A DNA stretch of 7,574 nt. Origin: Octopus sinensis (lineage: Eukaryota). Positions 1 to 7,375 of the stretch are shown here, one piece after another (position 1 is the stretch's first letter; each line of letters begins with the position of its first letter). Made by a program: the position numbers and the translations under genes. The stretch lies in the NCBI RefSeq assembly GCF_006345805.1, contig NW_021828789.1, positions 1-7,574 of the forward strand, given 5' to 3'. The notes under the pieces are model-generated. The model ran no database searches, was not told the DNA's origin, and was given only the letters and a program-made list of their open reading frames with translations.

Positions 1-52
1 AATGACATAACAACTGATATGTGTACACATACACACACACATGTATGTGTGT

Positions 53-108
53 TTGGTTGTCTGTGTGTGTGTATAATATATTGGTTGTCTGTGTGTGTGT
101 ATAATATA
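53..108. repeat. Perfect 28-bp tandem duplication
   Basis: TTGGTTGTCTGTGTGTGTGTATAATATA at 53-80 and 81-108. Confidence 0.95.
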
Positions 109-118
109 TGAGATTGAT

Positions 119-290
119 GCATTGCTGATCATTATTTATCCTGTCAGATGTATTGTGAATACATCCATCGAAACATATGCCGAAGATACAAAGATATAAA
201 TAATTCAATAAGATCTTGAGCATTTGTCTCCATTTTAAATTCTTCCTATTTTCTCCTAAATATGACTTGCTTCTCCTTGGAATCAAATCC
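119..290 (+). mobile_element. Degraded non-LTR retrotransposon (CR1/L2/Jockey-group LINE) ORF2 reverse-transcriptase fragment
   Basis: The frame from 119 reads ALLIIIYPVRCIVNTSIETYAEDTKI*IIQ*DLEHLS. After a frameshift, the frame from 246 reads LFSPKYDLLLLGIKS. In order these match the LINE RT motifs PLLFxIYIND, YADDTKI, LQxDLxxL and LxFNPxKCxVLHLG. In-frame stops and deletions mark it as a relic. Confidence 0.65.
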
Positions 291-384
291 CGCACAAGTG
301 TGATCATTGTTTCCTTGGACCCTTAAGCAACATTTAGCTACCTTGTAATTATTCTCCTGGATCTTGCCTATAATTTATACACTC

Positions 385-446
385 ATATATATATATATGT
401 ATATATACTTATATATATATATATATATATATATAAATATATATAT
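385..446. repeat. (TA)n microsatellite, left flank of the palindromic element
   Basis: Interrupted TA dinucleotide run, read directly. Confidence 0.95.
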
Positions 447-624
447 GTAGGTCCCGGGTTGAGTCGAGGTTAACCACAGTAAATAAGGTACTCAATACAT
501 AGCAGAGTAAATTAATTTTTTATAGAAGGAGCTTCTACAGGACTAGAACTGTTTCTAGGAACATGTTCCTGATGATTCATTTGAAGGAAACAGTTCTAGT
601 CCTGTAGAAGCTCCTTCTATAAAA
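447..624. mobile_element. Head-to-head inverted pair of hammerhead-bearing repeat copies (Penelope-like/retrozyme-type terminal repeat relic) between (TA)n tracts
   Basis: Perfect 38-bp inverted repeat 518-555/587-624 plus a perfect 14-bp palindrome AGGAACATGTTCCT at 557-570 (centre 563/564). The left copy continues ~70 nt further (to ~447) and abuts (TA)n. The right copy carries a hammerhead core. The Penelope-like assignment is inference from the hammerhead and the inverted arrangement; no PLE ORF is present. Confidence 0.55.
566..609 (+). ncRNA. Type-I hammerhead ribozyme motif (minimal/degenerate)
   Basis: Stem I TTC(566-568)/GAA(607-609). Core CTGATGA (569-575). Stem II TTC-ATTT-GAA (576-585) plus an extra G586. 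GAAA (587-590). Stem III ACAG(590-593)/CTGT(602-605) with loop TTCTAGTC containing palindromic CTAG. Cleavage triplet GTA (604-606). Confidence 0.7.
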
Positions 625-631
625 TAAAAAA

Positions 632-632
<1 letters not shown>

Positions 633-684
<52 letters not shown>

Positions 685-711
685 TATATATATATAAGTA
701 TATATATATGT
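633..711. repeat. (TA)n microsatellite, right flank of the palindromic element
   Basis: Interrupted TA dinucleotide run, read directly. Confidence 0.95.
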
Positions 712-1189
712 ATCAGTATAGGTGTGTGAGGTTTTAATTGAACTATACAAATATACAATATATATATATTGTAGTTAAATATTTATATAGAATTATTTAA
801 TAATTAAAAAATTTGGTTATCAGCCACACAATCATGTTAATTAGATGATGTAACAAACAAGTAATTAATCAATTAATCAAGGGGTTAGAAAAATCCCTTT
901 TTATGAGCACCAATTTTTAGGTAAAAACAAACCCCATTGTAAAGAGAAGAAATAACAAGAAATATAGATTTTTTTAAAATACAAAGAATGGAACAAAGAA
1001 AAAATAACTGCAAAACGTTCATTTATGGTATATATATTTAATTAAAAATGAAAAATGCAATTTACAAATGTGTTAATTGCATAGAGAGTTTTAAAATTTA
1101 AAATATACATATACCCATGTCATTTTACATGGCAACATCCATGAGAACAAATTTTGGTTGAAGATCTTGACCAAAAGGAATTCAGACCA

Positions 1190-2285
1190 AAACTATGTTA
1201 CGTAAAATATGGACAAAATCAATGTTAACTGGTGACTGGATACAACCATCGTTAATTAAAAATGGTTCAACACAGCCATATTAATTAAGATATGGAGTAA
1301 ACAATATCAACTAAATGAAGGACAATGATTATGTTAATTAAAAGTTGAACAACAGTCATGTTAACCGAACAATGAAATAAGGCCATGTTCACTAAAAGAT
1401 GCTAACTATAAAGTGAACAATGGCCATATTAACTGAAACATGAACGATGGACATGTTAACTGAAACATGAACGATGGATATGTTAACTAAAAAGTTAACA
1501 GTGACTAACTGTGTAAACTAAAGGATGTTAACTAAACATGAACAAAGGTATATTGAAGAAAATTTGGACAATTACCTTGTTCATTAAAATATGAACAACA
1601 ACCAAGTTAACTAAAATATTTTAATTAAAATGTGAACAATAGCCATGTTAACAAATACACAAACAGCCATCATATTAATTAAAAGATGAACAAGGACCAT
1701 GTTAACTAAAGAATGGGTAATGGCCTAAACATGAACAAATGCATGTTAAATAAAAATTGGACAATGGTTGTTAACTAAACTATAAGTGATGACCATGTTA
1801 ACTAAAGCAGAAACAGTGATCATGTTAACTAAGTCAACAATGGTTATGTTAACTAAAATGTGAACAATTACTATGTTAACTAACAATGGACATGTTAACT
1901 AAGAGATTAACAATGGTTATGTTAACTAAAATGTGAACAATTGCTACGTTAACTAACAATAGACATGTTAACTAAGAGATTAACAATGGTCATGTTAACA
2001 AAAATGTTGAACAAATTGCTTTTAACTTAAACAGGAACATTAGTCCTGTTAACTAAAGAAATGAACAAGGCCATGTTTACTGAAATATGAGTGATGGTCG
2101 TGTTATGTTAACCAAAGAATTGAAAGATGGCTATGTTAACTGGGACACAAGCGATGTTCATGTTAACAAAAGAAATGAAATACGGACAGATTAACAGGAA
2201 GTTAAACAAGAACAAACAATGGCCCTGTTCATTGAAATGCAAAAAAACACTTTAAAGATGAACAAAAGGTCACATTAAATTAAGA
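1190..2285. repeat. Degenerate minisatellite, ~27-bp unit (approx. CATGTTAACTAAAATGTGAACAATGGC)
   Basis: About 23 exact GTTAAC hexamers by hand count between 1224 and 2167. Modal spacing is 27 bp (e.g. 1770, 1797, 1824; 1848, 1875; 1894, 1921, 1948; 1967, 1994), with 54-bp and 19-bp variants. Edges are approximate. Confidence 0.9.
1836..2020. repeat. 73-bp higher-order repeat inside the minisatellite (2 full copies plus 1 partial)
   Basis: 1836-1908 and 1909-1981 differ at 3 of 73 positions, and a partial third copy starts at 1982. The unit is 27+19+27 bp of monomers. Confidence 0.9.
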
Positions 2286-2508
2286 CCCTAGGATCTAAGA
2301 TGGACAAAATCCTACTGAGGGATGTTTCTTTTTAGGGTCTTTCTGATGTCATAAAACAATGGATTTCCTTTATATTTCAAAAAATGATTGGGTTGTTATA
2401 TTGATTGGAGTTATTTTTTTTGTAAATATTTGATGTCTGTTTTTTTGTGATTATGTCAATTCTACATGAACCGTTCGGCCAGTAATGTTTATTATAAACA
2501 TTTTGGAG

Positions 2509-2563
2509 TATATAATATATACATATCTGCATGTATATATTTATAGGTGTATATCTATATCTG

Positions 2564-2605
<42 letters not shown>

Positions 2606-2723
2606 CATATAGATATATATAGGCATATATATATATACACACACACACACATATATATATACACATACATATATATATACGCATAGATATATACATACTC
2701 AAACACACTCACACACAAACACT

Positions 2724-2757
<34 letters not shown>

Positions 2758-2900
2758 CACATACATATATATATATATATACTCATAGATATATACATAC
2801 TCAAAACACGCACACACACACACACACACACACATAAATATATATATGTACAAGCACACACGCATGTATATATATATATATATATATGTGTGTGTATATA
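2509..2900. repeat. Compound (TA)n/(CA)n microsatellite
   Basis: Alternating TA and CA runs, read directly. Confidence 0.95.
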
Positions 2901-3092
2901 AAGTTCCAATGGAGTAGTGGGATCAGTATGTCAGAGTGCATCGCTTGGTGCAAAGCCTGACGCGCTGCGCCTCTGTTAAGACTAATGTATGTTGGTATTT
3001 CATTATTTACAGCCTGGAATTGTGCCATGGTAGTATATATGAGTATACCACCGAAGGAATGTGGTTGAATGCGTGAGTGTGTTGGAATATAC

Positions 3093-3182
3093 GTGTGTGT
3101 GTGTGTGTATGTGTGTGTGTGTGTATGTAAATGTTAGCATATGTTTGTTGACCAGGGGAATGTGGAAACATGTTTATAGTGG

Positions 3183-3218
<36 letters not shown>

Positions 3219-3365
3219 CATACGCACACATATATATATGTATATATATGCATATATATGTGTGTGTATGGATGTGTGTGTTGTGCGTTAGTATATATAT
3301 GCATATCTGTATGTATTTATTGATGCATATGCTTGTATACATGCATACATACATACACACACATG

Positions 3366-3404
<39 letters not shown>

Positions 3405-3526
3405 ATATATATATGTATGTATATGTATATATATGTATGTATGTATATGTATATATCTGTATGTGTACACATATATGTATATTATTTACATGAATATGTA
3501 TGCATACATACATACACATTTACATA

Positions 3527-3561
<35 letters not shown>

Positions 3562-3613
3562 TAAATGATGATGATATATGTATACATATGTATGTGTATA
3601 TACACACATATAT

Positions 3614-3646
<33 letters not shown>

Positions 3647-4226
3647 TATACATATGTGTGTGTGTGTGTGTTAGTATATAAATGCATATCTGTATGTTTG
3701 TATTGGTGTGTATGCATGTATTTATACATACTATATATATGTATATATGTAGGATATATATATATATATATATATATATATCTGTATGTATTGATGTATA
3801 TGCATGTATATAGGCATGTATATATATATATATATAATATATATATATTATATTATATATATATATATATATATACACACACATATTTGTGTATATGGTG
3901 TCCTTGTGTAACCATGTGTTTGTATGTAAACAGACATCTATATATGCATTTTTATTTATGTATGTATATATGTATGTGTATATGTGCATATATGAAAATA
4001 CATGTACACACACATAAACATGTGTATGTGTGTGTGTATATAAATGTATGTGTGTAAAAATATATGGATATATATACATAATATAAATAATGGTTTTGTC
4101 CATGTATGATATATGTGTGTATATATATGTATGTGTTTTACATATATATATATATATATATATATATCTATATATAATACATACATACATACACATATAT
4201 GTATATGTACATATATACATATAATA

Positions 4227-4271
<45 letters not shown>

Positions 4272-4530
4272 TATGTATGTCTTTTATACATATATATATA
4301 CATATATATATATAATATATATATACACTATATATGTATGTATATATAATACTTATATATGTGTACATATGTGTGTATATATATATATATATATGTCAGT
4401 GTGCATATGTATGTCTATACATGAGTGTATATATGTGCACACATACACACACATACATATATATATATATATGTATATAATATATATATATATATGTATA
4501 TAAACATATACGAGTGTGTGAGTGTGTGTG
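3093..4530. repeat. Long compound (TA)n/(TG)n/(TATG)n microsatellite tract
   Basis: About 1.4 kb of near-continuous alternating purine-pyrimidine sequence with short interruptions. It produces most of the YIYI/VCVC/HTHT ORFs. Confidence 0.95.
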
Positions 4531-5049
4531 CACATGCACATTCCGTGATGCTGATGCTGTTGGCTGCGTGACATTTAAATGATAATGAAGAAAGTCTTTT
4601 AATGTTTGCACGTATGTGTACCCAGGGTGGGTGTGTGGCCGTGTCCTCGTGTCTGCAGGAAAGGGTGAGAGACAGAGGGAGGTGGGCAATGGAACGTATA
4701 CATATGTGAATATGGGATCATCCATGCTGGTTTTGTTATTAACATCTCTAGCAACACATCTGTGTGTGTGTGTATGTGTATATATGTGGTTATATGTTTG
4801 TACCTCCACATACACATGTATGTATATCAGGGATGTGCCATTTGAGTGAGCAAGGTAGGTGGACAAGACCATGAATATTAAGTGCTTTGAATAAATTTAG
4901 TGTGTTACAGTGGGTGTATATAAAAGCAGTTTTCTTTGTTTCATTAGAGAGTGAACATTTTCCCCATGTATCACACATTATTTGTGTGTGTCTGTGTGTG
5001 TGTGTGTGTGTGTATGATTACATGCGAGAGCTTGGCTCAGTTTCATTTC

Positions 5050-5585
5050 ATGTGGCTAAGTGGTAAGAAGTCAGCTTCCCAGCTGTGTGGTTTCAGTTTC
5101 AGTTCTACCGCATGGTACCTTGGGCAAGTGTTTCTACTATAACTGTAATGTATATATAACTGTATATATGTATATATATATTTGGTATATATATATATGT
5201 ATATATATATATATTATATATATATATATATTATAATATATATATATATATATTAATATATGTATATATGTATATGTATATAATATATGTAATATATATA
5301 TATCTGTATATATAATATATGTATATATATATATATACATATATATACACACCACATGCATAGATACTTACCTGCATATATGTGTGGGTGTGTGTTGTCA
5401 CTGCTTGACAACTATTGTTGGTGTGTTTATGTCCCTGTGACATAGCAGGTTATCAAAATAGACCAGTAGAACAATTACTAAGAAAAAAATAAGCCCTGGG
5501 GTTAATTGTTTCAACTAAAACCCTTTAAGGCGATGCTCCTGCATGGCCACAGTCAAATGACTAAAACAAGTAAGATAATAGAATA
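5050..5585 (+). mobile_element. Degenerate tRNA-derived SINE (octopus-type) with internal (TA)n expansion
   Basis: The 5' head has a Pol III A-box TGGCTAAGTGG (5053-5063, fits TRGCNNAGYGG), a decayed B-box-like GTTTCAGTTCT (~5097-5107) and the SINE-typical ACCTTGGGCAAGTG (5117-5130). The 3' body (~5381-5585: CTTGACAAC...GGTGTGTTTATGTCCC...GCATGGCCACAGTCAAATGACTAAAACAAGTAA) resembles an octopus SINE from memory. The family name is not verified. Confidence 0.8.
5142..5380. repeat. (TA)n-rich microsatellite inside the SINE
   Basis: Interrupted TA run separating the SINE head from its 3' body. Confidence 0.9.
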
Positions 5586-5645
5586 TGTTTTCTAATAATG
5601 TTAAGTCTACTTGTTAATAATAATTTATTCACACGTCCTGCTTAC

Positions 5646-5675
5646 CACAACAGACTCTTTACCAATGGCACATGT
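5646..5675 (-). CDS. Candidate 30-nt internal exon, product unknown
   Basis: The minus-strand acceptor ATATACCAG| is weak and the donor is GTG|GTAAGC. In phase 2 it reads HVPLVKSLL and joins the 6893-6961 candidate in frame. Speculative. Confidence 0.2.
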
Positions 5676-5854
5676 CTGGTATATTTATACAGCATATTTA
5701 ATCTCTGGATTATCTTACATATCTTAATATAATCCCATAAAAGGCTTACATTGAGATTTTCTAATAGAGAATGAGTGATTTCTGGTTGTGGGGGTTATTC
5801 ATTAAATAATTAAGCCCTAATTACCACTGGTATGAATCTCAGGTCATACAAGTT

Positions 5855-6020
5855 TGTATGGGGTGTATGTAGAGGGGTATGTGTGTTTCTGTGTTCATAG
5901 AATGTATATTTGTATATATGTATGTACTTGCGTTTGTATGTATGTATGTATGCTTCTGTGTATGTATGTTTGTGTGTATGCATGTATGTATGTTTTTGCT
6001 AACATATGTATGTGTGTTTT
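5855..6020. repeat. Degenerate (GTAT)n/(GT)n repeat
   Basis: Repeated GTAT/GTGT units, read directly. Confidence 0.85.
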
Positions 6021-6084
6021 CTATAATTAATTGGGTCTTTTTTTTTCTGTATATTTTGAAATAGATGTCTGATACACAGTATAT

Positions 6085-6243
6085 TTTATACATACATACA
6101 TATAAATATATATATATGTATTATATATAAATATAATATATATATATGTGGTGAGGCAAATTGTTGCTAAACCCTTAATTACTTAGTATATATATATATA
6201 TGTATGTAATATGTATATATAAGTCAGTTATGTTCCATTATAA

Positions 6244-6279
<36 letters not shown>

Positions 6280-6302
6280 CATACATATATATATATACAT
6301 AC

Positions 6303-6351
<49 letters not shown>
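6085..6351. repeat. (TA)n microsatellite cluster with a short unique spacer (~6150-6185)
   Basis: TA runs read directly, including a long pure run at ~6306-6351. Confidence 0.9.
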
Positions 6352-6354
<3 letters not shown>

Positions 6355-6470
6355 TCATTTCACATTTTATTCTTTCTTTTGCAATTTTACACTCTACAAG
6401 TAGTTTCATGTTTTTACAACAATCTTCATGTAAATGTTTATCCAAACACAATTTTAGAAACCCTGAGTCT

Positions 6471-6507
<37 letters not shown>

Positions 6508-6530
6508 GTATATATATATGTATGTATACA
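6471..6530. repeat. (TA)n microsatellite
   Basis: TA run with TG interruptions. Confidence 0.9.
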
Positions 6531-6703
6531 CTCGCACAACCACATGCATACACAGTTCAAGAGATTCGTACTATATATAAGTTGTTGTGTTTGTAAAATC
6601 TGTTCCTCATTTGTAGATTCAGTTCAACTCCAATCAAACCCACCATGTTCATATGTAAAGAAATCCATTGTTGTAATGCCACCTGTTGTGACACTTTTCC
6701 TGA

Positions 6704-6734
6704 TACTACTACTACTACTATTACTACTACTACT
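6704..6734. repeat. (TAC)n trinucleotide microsatellite
   Basis: About 10 TAC units with one TAT interruption. It is the source of the poly-Leu in the 6379-6777 ORF. Confidence 0.95.
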
Positions 6735-6892
6735 GCTTGCTTTCAGTAATATCGGTGCTATTTTAGCACCACTGTGATATATCATGTTTAAAATTTTAAA
6801 CTCTTAAAATTCTACTGATCACGTAAGACTTTTGCATGTTCCAGGGTGACTTCTGTCTATATATATATATAAATATATACTTTTATACTCAC

Positions 6893-6961
6893 CCTGTTCG
6901 TGCAGACAAATGTATCCTTTGCCCACAGATTGTTCTTTCACTCAATGGTCTGCTCCACATT
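6893..6961 (-). CDS. Candidate 69-nt internal exon (phase 2-2), product unknown
   Basis: On the minus strand the acceptor is TTGTTTCATTTCATAG| and the donor is CAGG|GTGAGT. Length is a multiple of 3, and only one frame is open (MWSRPLSERTICGQRIHLSART). There is no transcript evidence, and splice-like motifs occur by chance. Confidence 0.3.
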
Positions 6962-7314
6962 CTATGAAATGAAACAATTCAAAGTCCCATGGTTGTACAA
7001 CTGAATTCAATTTTAACAGGAAACAAACAAAATGCCAAATATAAAAGCGATTATGACGATGACGAAATCATATTATCAGGAAATAACAAAACAAAATATT
7101 TATGAGGACGGTTTTAATTATTTTTTTTTTTTTTTTGTGATTCCATTGACTTAAACCAATCCCAAATTACATGGTTCTTGGGTGAATGTGTCATCAAGTT
7201 TATTTTTTTTAAAGAGACTCGATTATAATTTTAAAAATTTCGAAATATCAAATCATGGTGTAAATACAGTTTATACACTTGGCCTTGCGACGAAAATGAT
7301 ATTGTATACAACAT

Positions 7315-7375
7315 AAATATATATATGTATAGATATATATAAATATATATTTATGTATGTATATATATATATATA
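7315..7375. repeat. (TA)n microsatellite
   Basis: Interrupted TA run. Confidence 0.9.

Noticed and set aside
373-720. Apparent extension of the inverted repeat into the flanks (TATACTTATA vs TATAAGTATA)
   Set aside because: (TA)n is self-complementary, so this low-complexity match is uninformative.
555-758. 67-aa minus-strand ORF
   Set aside because: It is made of (TA)n plus the antisense of the hammerhead arm, so it is not credible as coding.
754-773. 20-bp palindrome TACAATATATATATATTGTA
   Set aside because: It is mostly a TA run, with only about 4 informative base pairs.
968-1027. Weak resemblance (EWNKEKITAKRSF) to an alternative frame of 6893-6961, which would extend the inverted homology
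   Set aside because: The sequence is A-rich and the gapped similarity cannot be told from chance by eye.
1190-2285. 27-bp periodic array as a CRISPR array or a repeat-protein gene
   Set aside because: The context is eukaryotic, units are degenerate and head-to-tail with no unique spacers, and there are no cas genes. 19-bp units and frequent stops break every frame, and there is no ORF of 60 aa or more.
2932-2975. Second hammerhead or twister ribozyme in the CpG island (CTGACG within a 3-way fold)
   Set aside because: The core reads CTGACGC rather than CTGANGA, there is no GAAA partner, and twister consensus residues are not evident.
2990-3060. Kinase subdomain V-like peptide (YSLELCHGSIYEY)
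   Set aside because: The match is too short, and no other kinase motifs appear in frame or nearby.
4659-4664. 6-nt plus-strand micro-exon (CTGCAG|GAAAGG|GTGAGA)
   Set aside because: The upstream polypyrimidine tract is poor, and GTRAG motifs occur many times on both strands here by chance.
2377-6596. The many 60-235 aa ORFs in the supplied track (YIYI, VCVC, HTHT rich)
   Set aside because: They are translations of TA/TG/CA microsatellites that lack stop codons, with no domain-like content.
6379-6777. 132-aa ORF with a poly-Leu hydrophobic C-terminus (apparent transmembrane or signal segment)
   Set aside because: It spans a (TA)n run, and the poly-Leu comes from the (TAC)n microsatellite.
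6644-6961. Splicing 6893-6961 to a 39-nt exon at 6644-6682, including a selenocysteine (TGA) reading
   Set aside because: The only open frame of the first exon hits a stop in the second. The other frames need TGA readthrough, with no recognisable selenoprotein motif or SECIS.
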